IMG/VR virus record: IMGVR_UViG_3300027850_000002
Location: 111,416 to 175,415 of that record
Reading direction: 5' to 3' (one strand)
Origin: a virus
Length of the DNA stretch: 64,000 nt
Position numbers and translations under genes: made by a program. Under the pieces are notes generated by a model, which had not been told where the DNA came from, made no database searches, and worked only from the letters and a program-made list of their open reading frames with translations. Position 1 is the first letter of the stretch, and every line of letters starts with the position of its first letter. Of the stretch, positions 19,412 to 27,137 are shown piece after piece.

Positions 19412-19974
19412 GGTCGGAGCGCCGTAATTGCTGCAACGACCCCGCCCCAGTCGTTCGCGGACGTGCCTTCCCACCCATCACGCGTGTTGTAGCTACGACG
19501 GAACAAAACACCGTGACCTTTGGGGTGGTGCGAACACCACTCCACAAGCGTGGACGTCTTGTCTTCGATGAGAAAGTCACCAGACACGACGTGCTTCCGG
19601 CTACTGCGGACATGTAGTACGTCATCTTTGTGAAAGCCGAGGTTCTGAATGCACCACTGATCCCGTTCGTGCATCCAGTGGTTGCCGCCGAACGGCGACG
19701 TCACAGCTAAGACCTCGGCAATCTTACGTAGCTCTTCGACGCCCTCCTTGGCGCCTGGGTAGACCGGAATGCCCAAACACAGACCCGGCGCCTGCATCGA
19801 TTCATAGATGGTCTTGGCGTCGGGCCCTTCGATGCCGAGAGACTTCATGATGTCCCAGTCACCGATGTCTTCAGGCGTGAAACGTTTCCCGGTATGTTGA
19901 AACACAGCTTCCAGACACGGCGTGAGAAAGTCTCCGCAGACTCCGTCGATATCAAGTAGAACACGTGGCTTCAC
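19408..19974 (-). CDS. 5'(3')-deoxyribonucleotidase (HAD, NT5C-like)
   Basis: LLDIDGV, PVYPGA, VTSP, DFLIEDK, YN motifs. Confidence 0.85.
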   Translation of the reverse strand: MKPRVLLDIDGVCGDFLTPCLEAVFQHTGKRFTPEDIGDWDIMKSLGIEGPDAKTIYESMQAPGLCLGIPVYPGAKEGVEELRKIAEVLAVTSPFGGNHWMHERDQWCIQNLGFHKDDVLHVRSSRKHVVSGDFLIEDKTSTLVEWCSHHPKGHGVLFRRSYNTRDGWEGTSANDWGGVVAAITALRP

Positions 19975-20801
19975 GAAGTTGCTCCATAACTGGTGATGAT
20001 CACTTCGGCGACCTTGCCTCGTTTGTCACCTTTGCTGTTGATTGACCGCCCACACTGGACGGTGTCCATACAGAAATCTTGGTAGAGGTCACGGATGTAA
20101 GGTGTGTCGTTGTTTGACAACATGACGTTCGTGCCACGTTTGCGTAGCTCGCGTGAGTACTCTGCCAACTGTTCTTGTTGTTTCTGACCAAAGACATCCT
20201 TGGTGTACGATGTAAAATTAGATGTCTTTGAATGCGGGTCGTAGGGCGGATCGAAATACACGAAATCGCCCGCGGTCGCGGAAGCAGTCGTCAATTCGTA
20301 CGACGTCTTACGTAGACTGACCCTACCCAATACTTGACTCGCGGTGCGTAACGTTGCGGGTTCAAATATTTTGGGGTTCTCGTAGTCACCGCGTGGGACA
20401 TTGAAACCGCCTGCACGGTTCACGCGCCACAGTCCGTTAAAACAAGTCTTGTTCAGGTAGAGAAACGCGGACGCTCGCGCACTGGGATCCTCTATCCATC
20501 CGCCTTCGTTCCAAATGTCACGAATCTCATAGTAATACTTGGGACGAACATGGGCTCGACGGTGCACTTCAAGCATCCCGATGATTTGTTCAACGTCGTC
20601 AGCGACTGCTTGATATGTGTTGATCAAGGCGTCGTTCATGTCGCCAAGCACCGCGTCCTTGGGCTCAAGAGCGAAGAACAAGGCGGCGCCGCCCGCGAAC
20701 GGTTCGAAATAGCATTTGAACGTCTTAGGTAGACGCGCACGCAATTCAGGGAGGAGTTTGGACTTCCCTCCAACCCACTTCACGATAGGCGAGGCCGGCA
20801 C
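19971..20801 (-). CDS. dam: Dam-like DNA adenine methyltransferase (D12 class)
   Basis: KWVGGK, YFEPFAGG, YLNKTCFNGLWRVN, FVYFDPPY. Confidence 0.9.
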   Translation of the reverse strand: MPASPIVKWVGGKSKLLPELRARLPKTFKCYFEPFAGGAALFFALEPKDAVLGDMNDALINTYQAVADDVEQIIGMLEVHRRAHVRPKYYYEIRDIWNEGGWIEDPSARASAFLYLNKTCFNGLWRVNRAGGFNVPRGDYENPKIFEPATLRTASQVLGRVSLRKTSYELTTASATAGDFVYFDPPYDPHSKTSNFTSYTKDVFGQKQQEQLAEYSRELRKRGTNVMLSNNDTPYIRDLYQDFCMDTVQCGRSINSKGDKRGKVAEVIITSYGATS

Positions 20802-20807
20802 CGAGGA

Positions 20808-20836
20808 ACCCTATATGTTTATGCCGCAAACGTCAA
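20808..20836 (-). promoter_or_regulatory. sigma70-type leaderless promoter of the methylase
   Basis: Minus strand TTGACG-17 nt-TAGGGT, 6 nt before GTG at 20801. Confidence 0.5.
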
Positions 20837-20963
20837 CTAACGGCCAAAAAACAACCAGGTGCGATCTCTCGCCAATCCCACCGTCCAAGACGGCACCGCC
20901 ACCACGCGAATGCTCGCCCATGCAGATACGCATGTTCAGCAAGCACTCGCGCGATGTTGGAGG

Positions 20964-21224
20964 TCATCGATTCTTACGTTCGTCCGATGTTAGTTCGCTG
21001 GTGAAGCCGAATAGTTGGTCCAACTCGTCCGCGAACCCTTCAAACGATTCACGCATAGCCGCATTCCTGACGCCATCCAGGTCCGACGTGTAGTGGTCGT
21101 CGTGCATCCAATACGCACGTGAACGAAACCGTTTGGCCAACGTGAACATCTGCCCAACAGTTACCGTTTGGACCGCGTCGGGCGGCTGCCACATCTGGTT
21201 GTCGTCGTTGTCGCCTGTCATCAC
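20964..21224 (-). CDS. hypothetical protein
   Basis: Operonic small ORF. Confidence 0.5.
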   Translation of the reverse strand: MMTGDNDDNQMWQPPDAVQTVTVGQMFTLAKRFRSRAYWMHDDHYTSDLDGVRNAAMRESFEGFADELDQLFGFTSELTSDERKNR

Positions 21225-21514
21225 GACACGACAGGTTCGAAATCCAACACGTCAACAAGCGTCTTGGGACGATCGCCACCAAGGAGCAGAACGGTTTGAC
21301 CGCGGTCCTTGAGCTGGTTTGCAGCCCACGCCGCAGCGTCATACGGGGTCGTAAAGCCGTTCTTCCCCAAGTGAACGACGGCACGTTCCATCTGACGGTA
21401 CTCCGGGCAGAGCGACAACGTCGCAGCCCACCTCCCGTCTTGGCCGTCGAGAAGGACTTCCCACGCGGCCCAGCGTGCGGCCCAGAGACCTGTATCGAGC
21501 TGTACCGCCTTCAC
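21221..21514 (-). CDS. hypothetical protein
   Basis: Coupled overlaps on both sides. Confidence 0.55.
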   Translation of the reverse strand: MKAVQLDTGLWAARWAAWEVLLDGQDGRWAATLSLCPEYRQMERAVVHLGKNGFTTPYDAAAWAANQLKDRGQTVLLLGGDRPKTLVDVLDFEPVVS

Positions 21515-21783
21515 GAAGCGACCTCGAAGGCGAGAGACGCGTTGTGTAGTTTGCGAGCGAGCACGATACGACGTTCGACCTGCGCGAGTTTGTCATCGTA
21601 CGCAAAGTAGTGTTTGTCGTCGGGGTAGCGGGTCTCAACGTACGACGCTGCAGGTGTACGACGTGCAGCGAACTCGCCAAGCGCGTCCACGAGCAGGTAG
21701 CGGAGGTCGGTCTGTTCTTGTTCGGTGAGTCCGTCTTCGACTGTCAGAACGATTTTGGTAATCATATTCGTTGGTCCTTTCAT
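21511..21783 (-). CDS. hypothetical protein
   Basis: Operonic small ORF. Confidence 0.55.
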   Translation of the reverse strand: MKGPTNMITKIVLTVEDGLTEQEQTDLRYLLVDALGEFAARRTPAASYVETRYPDDKHYFAYDDKLAQVERRIVLARKLHNASLAFEVAS

Positions 21784-21788
21784 GCGCG

Positions 21789-22010
21789 TCAGCGCGAACC
21801 AGTGTCTTTGGAAATTCGAATAACAAGAGGTAATTCGTTCGGCCTGCCGTCAACAGGCGTCAGGTCGTCATTTTCATCAAGTTCATCGGAAAGACGCAGG
21901 CGAACTTGAAACTCGGCGATCAATGCCGCTTTGACTGTCCGAGCAAGCATCAGTACATCCTCTGATGGTTGTTCGGGCAGGCAAAGCAAGACGCGTCGTC
22001 GACGCATCAA
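21789..22010 (-). CDS. hypothetical protein
   Basis: Operonic small ORF. Confidence 0.45.
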   Translation of the reverse strand: MMRRRRVLLCLPEQPSEDVLMLARTVKAALIAEFQVRLRLSDELDENDDLTPVDGRPNELPLVIRISKDTGSR

Positions 22011-22333
22011 TGCACCAAGTGCATGTGTTTCATCAGACCGTCACGATTGCGGTCATAGAGCACATACGTATCGTGGTCGTCAGAAGACCCGGAAACTTGG
22101 AACTCGCCTTTCTTGCGTGTGCCATCACGTAAGATCACTTCGATCTCGTAATCCACAACGGACTCGTCGTGGTCGGGGCATTGGTGCACCGTCACCGCGC
22201 GAACGTCGCGAACATCGACATCTTGCATCAGCTCCCGAACGCGGACCGGCAGTGCGAACGCCACGGGGAGTTCACACCGCAGGCCCGCTTGCAGGAGCGC
22301 GTTGCTCAGGCAGTTGAACTCGTTGTTGCTCAC
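22007..22333 (-). CDS. hypothetical protein
   Basis: Operonic small ORF. Confidence 0.5.
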   Translation of the reverse strand: MSNNEFNCLSNALLQAGLRCELPVAFALPVRVRELMQDVDVRDVRAVTVHQCPDHDESVVDYEIEVILRDGTRKKGEFQVSGSSDDHDTYVLYDRNRDGLMKHMHLVH

Positions 22334-22348
22334 AGACAGAAGTGTAGG

Positions 22349-22636
22349 TCACGCATCGTCTGGAGCCACACTACGAAAATCATCTTCAGTAACAGCCGTG
22401 TCGATCTCCTCAGTGGTCAAGAAGCCGATCTCGAGAATCAAATCTTCGGTCTGTCGCATGAGGCGGTTGACGTGTTTCATGAGCCAGAACGCGGCTTCCT
22501 TTTCTGTCTTGCCGGCTGCGTGAACGATCTTGCGTTCGTTCTCGTAGACAGTGAGATGAACCGAGCCATCCCGTACTTCTTGGGAGAGCTTCAGCTTCCG
22601 TTCGTATTGAAGAATCGTCCGCGGTTTGAGCGGCAT
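22349..22636 (-). CDS. hypothetical protein
   Basis: Operonic small ORF. Confidence 0.55.
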   Translation of the reverse strand: MPLKPRTILQYERKLKLSQEVRDGSVHLTVYENERKIVHAAGKTEKEAAFWLMKHVNRLMRQTEDLILEIGFLTTEEIDTAVTEDDFRSVAPDDA

Positions 22637-22639
22637 GAC

Positions 22640-24355
22640 TCAAACCTTCTTACCAGAGAACGCTCCCTGAAAGACCTTGGCCAACGCCACCGGCTTGCTC
22701 TCGACCTCGACAGCGCTTCCGTTCAAGGCGCGGTCGACACTGTTACGCGCGTCCATGACGATATCCTTCACGAGCCGCTTGGCTGCAGCTTTGTGACGGT
22801 CCGACTTGAGTGCGACGCCCAGCGCTTCAGCGTCATACATCCGCGTGTGGCGGTCGTAAGTCACTGTTCCAACAACGTCGCCGTTGTCGAGCAAGCCCCA
22901 CTGACGAGCGTGCTCGACGTTGTCACGCGTCCGCCACGACGACATCGCCAACCACTGCATCTCTGCAGAGTTGGCTTTTGACGCGATGTACTCCGGAGAA
23001 GCTTCGATACCCGCCGGAAGCAGCGGCACATGTACGTGCCGCGCCTTGAGCGACACGCCTGTGAACCGCAACGCGTCTTCTTCGCACTGCGCATCGAAGC
23101 ACGGCGAGCAGAGGCCGTTCGTTTCGACCGAGCCTTCCGTCGCCGACCGCATTCCCGGTTCCGTCGTGCCGCACGCGAAGCACGGTGTGTTCACCGCGAT
23201 CGCATGACCTTCGTCGGCGTCGTCGTGAACGACGACCATCGTCGGCGGAACGTCGTGCGCCGTGCCCCACAACTCCTCCGTGCCCTTTGCGCGCAGGGTG
23301 TTCCCGCGCGTCCAGGTCTCGGGATTGTTCGGGGCGTCCGCCGGCGTGATGTCGATTCCATGATCGTGCGCAACCCGAAGAACTCGGGCCTGCGCGACAC
23401 CTTCCGTGGTTCCCACACGGGATTCGCTCGTGACGATTTTTGGGACGGCCGCCTCGAACTTACCTTGTAGAGCAAGTCCGAGCGGCGAATCCGCGGGAAC
23501 CTCCCGAACGGCGGGTGCGACCACTTCGATCGACTTCGACTTGGTCGTCAACATCGTGCGCACGCGGACAGACGGCTTACGAGGAGCCACTGCACCTTCC
23601 GTCACGAGCTGCGACGACGCACCGTTCATCGCAGAACGAATCATGTCGGGAATGGTCGCGGAGGTCCAGTTCCCGATCGAACGCATCACCAACTCGGTGA
23701 TGAACACGAGCGCCAGCGGCAACGAGATTGAAGCGGCGAGCAGCGTCATCGCGCCTGCGCCCACGTAGAGCGCGACGCGAACGGCCTGAGCCACTGCTTC
23801 GAGGAAGTCCCGTGTGAACTTCGCCAGCTTCGACTTCGACTTCTCGAGCCAGCCGACGCCCTGCGCGGCTGCGAGTGCCACGAGACCTGCTGCCGCGGTC
23901 ACTGCCGATGTCGCCAACGGCGCAATCGAGAGCGAGACCAACCACGCGGCGGCGCCGAACAGAAAGCCCCAGTCCTGGAGGAAGGGGCGGAGGACCGTGC
24001 GCCACGCGTGCGCCACGCGCGCCCACGCCGCCTGACCCAACTCACGGAGCGCGACGACCGGCCGGCTGTTCGCTGCCTTGCTGTAGACCCGGACGATCCG
24101 CTTCGTGACCGGCTCGACGAGCTTGGCGACCTTGAGTGCTGCCGCCTTGGTCGAGCGCGCCACACGGAGCGCTGCCGCCTTCGTCATGCGCGCAAGCCGC
24201 TTCGCCGCTGCCTTGGCGCGGTGACCGGCTGCCGAACCCATCCGTGCGACCTTGCGGAGGGCGCGCTTGATTGAACCTTCCGAACGAACGGTGCGTGCCT
24301 TGCGAACGGTCTTACGGCTCGTGCGGGGAACTGAAACTGTTGCTGTCGTTGCCAT
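22640..24355 (-). CDS. early membrane protein: basic Lys/Arg/Ala N-terminus, ~4 TM, CxxC-CxxC zinc site
   Basis: ATG at 24355 behind hairpin+AGGAGA. Repeated TKAAAL, hydrophobic helices, CFAC...CSPC. Confidence 0.65.
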   Translation of the reverse strand: MATTATVSVPRTSRKTVRKARTVRSEGSIKRALRKVARMGSAAGHRAKAAAKRLARMTKAAALRVARSTKAAALKVAKLVEPVTKRIVRVYSKAANSRPVVALRELGQAAWARVAHAWRTVLRPFLQDWGFLFGAAAWLVSLSIAPLATSAVTAAAGLVALAAAQGVGWLEKSKSKLAKFTRDFLEAVAQAVRVALYVGAGAMTLLAASISLPLALVFITELVMRSIGNWTSATIPDMIRSAMNGASSQLVTEGAVAPRKPSVRVRTMLTTKSKSIEVVAPAVREVPADSPLGLALQGKFEAAVPKIVTSESRVGTTEGVAQARVLRVAHDHGIDITPADAPNNPETWTRGNTLRAKGTEELWGTAHDVPPTMVVVHDDADEGHAIAVNTPCFACGTTEPGMRSATEGSVETNGLCSPCFDAQCEEDALRFTGVSLKARHVHVPLLPAGIEASPEYIASKANSAEMQWLAMSSWRTRDNVEHARQWGLLDNGDVVGTVTYDRHTRMYDAEALGVALKSDRHKAAAKRLVKDIVMDARNSVDRALNGSAVEVESKPVALAKVFQGAFSGKKV

Positions 24356-24363
24356 AGTGATTC

Positions 24364-24384
24364 TCTCCTGCCCGTCTGGGCGTT
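24364..24384 (-). promoter_or_regulatory. hairpin+SD motif copy 1 (AACGCCCAGACGGGCAGGAGA)
   Basis: One of four related copies, directly upstream of a start codon. Confidence 0.7.
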
Positions 24385-24399
24385 GTTGAACAGATACCG

Positions 24400-24441
24400 A
24401 CGGGAAGGGGTTGAAGCGGAATTGCTTCAATCCTTTCCCGT
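24400..24441. repeat. 18-bp imperfect inverted repeat (long hairpin)
   Basis: ACGGGAAGGGGTTGAAGC / GCTTCAATCCTTTCCCGT with a 6-nt loop and two G-T positions. Confidence 0.75.
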
Positions 24442-24467
24442 AGGCGCGACCGCGAGGTCGCGTGGGA

Positions 24468-24800
24468 CTAGTTCGAAATGAACGGGACCACGAAGGCTTC
24501 GTCCGTCTTGTCGACGAACTCCATCTTCGACGCGTGTGCTTCTGGAGTCGGATCGTGCATCCGCGCCAAGAAGTTGCGCGCCTGGGTCTTCAGCTCGTCG
24601 GCCGTCGACGTCTCGCGAACAACCACGACGGTTGCCTTGTCGATGTCATCAGACACGACGATAACGGGCATGATCGTGAACAACACGCCACGCAACGAAC
24701 TGACGCGATACTCACTGCCCGTGAGACGTGCCAACTTCAGCGCGGCCACGATGACGTGGTCGAGCGCTGCCTTGATCTCTGCATCACACTTAGTACACAT
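24468..24800 (-). CDS. hypothetical protein
   Basis: Strong SD with hairpin motif upstream. Confidence 0.6.
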   Translation of the reverse strand: MCTKCDAEIKAALDHVIVAALKLARLTGSEYRVSSLRGVLFTIMPVIVVSDDIDKATVVVVRETSTADELKTQARNFLARMHDPTPEAHASKMEFVDKTDEAFVVPFISN

Positions 24801-24805
24801 GGAAA

Positions 24806-24828
24806 TCTCCTCACCCGTCAGGGTGGTT
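24806..24828 (-). promoter_or_regulatory. hairpin+SD motif copy 2 (AACCACCCTGACGGGTGAGGAGA)
   Basis: Compensatory A-T pair relative to the other copies. Confidence 0.7.
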
Positions 24829-25188
24829 GTTCGTTAGTACGTTCTGAATGGTTGAGCGAAGCACTGGGACGTCCGAGCCTTTGGCGACGCAGGGCACGCC
24901 GCGGTCTTGAGCAGATTCGTCCGACGTCAGGAACAAGAACCGCTTCACGAGATGTGAAACGTGAGTCTCGACCCATTCGAGAACGTCCCCACCCGTACGC
25001 GGTCCGATCAGATTCCAGTCGCAGATGATCAAGTCGAACTCGCGTTCGAGCACGCTCTCCTTGAGGTACTCGATTGCGAGGTCGGCGTTGTCTGAGACCC
25101 AGACGTCTACGTCGCCGTACTGACGACGTAGAAGCCTGGCGAGAACCCGTTGAATGTCCGCGCAATCTTCAACGAGGAGGACCTTCAC
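24811..25188 (-). CDS. single-domain response regulator (CheY-like receiver)
   Basis: VLLVED, FDLIICDWNL (phospho-Asp), GGDVL, FLFLT, VAK. Confidence 0.85.
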   Translation of the reverse strand: MKVLLVEDCADIQRVLARLLRRQYGDVDVWVSDNADLAIEYLKESVLEREFDLIICDWNLIGPRTGGDVLEWVETHVSHLVKRFLFLTSDESAQDRGVPCVAKGSDVPVLRSTIQNVLTNNHPDG

Positions 25189-25847
25189 GGCGTCACGCTC
25201 CTACCGCGACGGTAGATGTACATGTCGTCATGAATGCCGTCCCAGTTGGGAAGGTGCACTGCCTTCACCTCAGTCCAATCCCTCTCGAGCGCGTCATGGA
25301 ACGCGTAGTCGCCGGTACATCCTCCGCGACCTTCACCGATGTACGCCACCGTGTCGCCGGTGTAGTACCAAAGACACGACGACGCGAAGTCGGTGTTGTA
25401 GTTCGGCCAGCACAAGAAGAGGGCGCGGTCAGCGCGCTTCTTGAGCTTGCCTGGCAGACCGTGCACCACACCCGTCCACCGCTTGGTGAACTGGTAGTGG
25501 TTGGTTTTGCCCGGGTGCTTGTCGTACGCCTGAACGTCCACGCCACGCTTGCGCAGCAAGTACGCCCAGTATCCCGACCCGGCGCCCATCTCGATGATGG
25601 GCCCCAGAGCCGCGAGTGCGTCGATAGCCTCGTCGTTGGGAATCGCGAACGAGAACTGCTTGATCAGCTCGCCGCGGACCGTGAACGATGAGCACACTGA
25701 GCCGTAGCGCCAGGAATCACGCGTAGTGTTCTTGGTGGCCTCGAAGCGCGCGCGGTAGTCGTCCTCGGGCAGCTTCGCGAGCCGCTCGAGAAACGTTTCG
25801 TGCGCAATCTTGTACTGGGTCAAGTACTGCCCGTAGCCCAGGTTCAC
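25185..25847 (-). CDS. class I SAM-dependent methyltransferase-like protein
   Basis: IIEMGAGSGYWAYLL, LFLCWP, YIGEG.GGCT. GTG start coupled to upstream stop. Confidence 0.65.
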   Translation of the reverse strand: MNLGYGQYLTQYKIAHETFLERLAKLPEDDYRARFEATKNTTRDSWRYGSVCSSFTVRGELIKQFSFAIPNDEAIDALAALGPIIEMGAGSGYWAYLLRKRGVDVQAYDKHPGKTNHYQFTKRWTGVVHGLPGKLKKRADRALFLCWPNYNTDFASSCLWYYTGDTVAYIGEGRGGCTGDYAFHDALERDWTEVKAVHLPNWDGIHDDMYIYRRGRSVTP

Positions 25848-26467
25848 AGCGCGGCTCCGTTCGGCGCAACGAGCGCGTGCGTGGCCCAGAAGATCTGAGC
25901 CTCGCTGAGCTGCGCCTCGAGCCGTGCCCGCCTCTCCAAGCCCTCCTGCGTGCTGTCCTCGGGGAGCGCAGCGAGCTTGTTCTCGAGGTCGCCAGCCTCC
26001 ATCGACGCAGTCGGCATATCGAGCGAAGCGACGCCGTACGCCGTGTAGAGGACGCAGGCGACCGCGGTCACCTTGGTGCCCTTGCACTCCACACACTCGA
26101 CCTGGAACTTCACGCTCGGTCCACTGAGACCTGCGGTCCAAGTCCAACCCTCACCCATGCAGTAGTCGCACTTCTCCTCGTGGGGACCTGCGATGACGCG
26201 CACGAATCGCGTCGGCCGCTTGGGCTTGGCGACCAGGCGCGAGTCGCACGTACGCATGCCGCGCTTGGCATAGAACACCTCGCCCTCGTCGACCGGCGCG
26301 TCGCCTGCCGTCGGTCCGTACAGTTCGTTCGTGACCGTCCCGAGGTCTTCGGGCAGCTCGAGTGTTTCGATGAAGAACGCCGTCTTGTCAGCGTACTTCG
26401 CGAAGATGTGATCCCACTGCGCCTGAGTGAAACCGTGGTCCATATGTGATTCAGCGTGCTTCTTCAT
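25844..26467 (-). CDS. hypothetical protein with inserted CxxCxGxG zinc finger
   Basis: CDYCMGEG...CVECKGT, SD plus hairpin motif upstream. Confidence 0.65.
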   Translation of the reverse strand: MKKHAESHMDHGFTQAQWDHIFAKYADKTAFFIETLELPEDLGTVTNELYGPTAGDAPVDEGEVFYAKRGMRTCDSRLVAKPKRPTRFVRVIAGPHEEKCDYCMGEGWTWTAGLSGPSVKFQVECVECKGTKVTAVACVLYTAYGVASLDMPTASMEAGDLENKLAALPEDSTQEGLERRARLEAQLSEAQIFWATHALVAPNGAAL

Positions 26468-26472
26468 GTTGA

Positions 26473-26495
26473 TCTCCTTGCCCGTCAGGGCGGTT
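26473..26495 (-). promoter_or_regulatory. hairpin+SD motif copy 3 (AACCGCCCTGACGGGCAAGGAGA)
   Basis: 23/23 identical to copy 4. Confidence 0.75.
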
Positions 26496-26503
26496 GAATG
26501 TGT

Positions 26504-26695
26504 TTAGTAACGATACCTGGTGGTTGCTCCGATGCCGAGTCGTGCGTACCGCTCGGCCGTGGCGTAGTCACCGCGCTCGGCAGCCTTGCTCGCTTCGGCG
26601 TACCAGTACTTCGGAGAGGTCGTCTTCTCGACCGCCACAGCCATAACCGCGAGCCCGCCGCCGATTGCTTTCATCGCTTTCTTGAACTTACCCAT
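26504..26695 (-). CDS. small hypothetical protein
   Basis: 63 aa, bracketed by two identical 23-nt motifs. Confidence 0.6.
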   Translation of the reverse strand: MGKFKKAMKAIGGGLAVMAVAVEKTTSPKYWYAEASKAAERGDYATAERYARLGIGATTRYRY

Positions 26696-26703
26696 AACAT
26701 CTG

Positions 26704-26726
26704 TCTCCTTGCCCGTCAGGGCGGTT
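26704..26726 (-). promoter_or_regulatory. hairpin+SD motif copy 4
   Basis: 23/23 identical to copy 3. Confidence 0.75.
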
Positions 26727-26765
26727 TATTGAATGCCTAGTGAAAGGCATGGTTTATCGACATAG

Positions 26766-26798
26766 TCTTATACCTATTTTCGAGGTCATTTTTTAGAC
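26766..26798 (-). promoter_or_regulatory. putative promoter GTCTAAA-N17-GGTATAAG
   Basis: Heads the (-) block. Second copy at 29413-29444. Confidence 0.45.
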
Positions 26799-26913
26799 TC
26801 ATTGGGTCAAGGATAGACGGCCATCTAGACCGCCCATCGTTCAACCAATGCGTATTAACGGAGGTCTCGGATATCCATAGGCACCTCCTTTCTTTGAATG
26901 AAAGAGGGGCCTG

Positions 26914-27114
26914 CTAGGGCTTGAACACGATCTTCGATTCGCCGTTCACGCGAGCATCGGGGTCACGGACGATAGCGCCGTCCACCGTGACCTTGCCTCG
27001 CAGGATGGCTTTTCGAGCCTTGCCCTTCGACAGTTTGACGTCCTCGGAAACGACGTCGAGTAGCGCGAATGTGAACACCGTCGGGATGTTCTGGAGGGGT
27101 GGTAGGCCTTTCAC
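26914..27114 (-). CDS. stand-alone S4 RNA-binding domain protein
   Basis: LSKGKARKAILRGKVTVDGAIVRDPDARV matches the S4 consensus. AGGAG SD before GTG at 27114. Confidence 0.7.
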   Translation of the reverse strand: MKGLPPLQNIPTVFTFALLDVVSEDVKLSKGKARKAILRGKVTVDGAIVRDPDARVNGESKIVFKP

Positions 27115-27120
27115 GGAACT

Positions 27121-27129
27121 CCTATAATT
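27121..27129 (+). promoter_or_regulatory. CCTATAATT late-type promoter
   Basis: TATAAT 27123-27128, GTG at 27138. Confidence 0.6.
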
Positions 27130-27137
27130 ACAGCGAC

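Noticed and set aside
24364-26726. CRISPR array or integron attC sites
   Set aside because: Repeats are separated by whole genes of 0.2-1.6 kb, include the SD, lack attC R-box structure, and no cas or integrase gene is seen.
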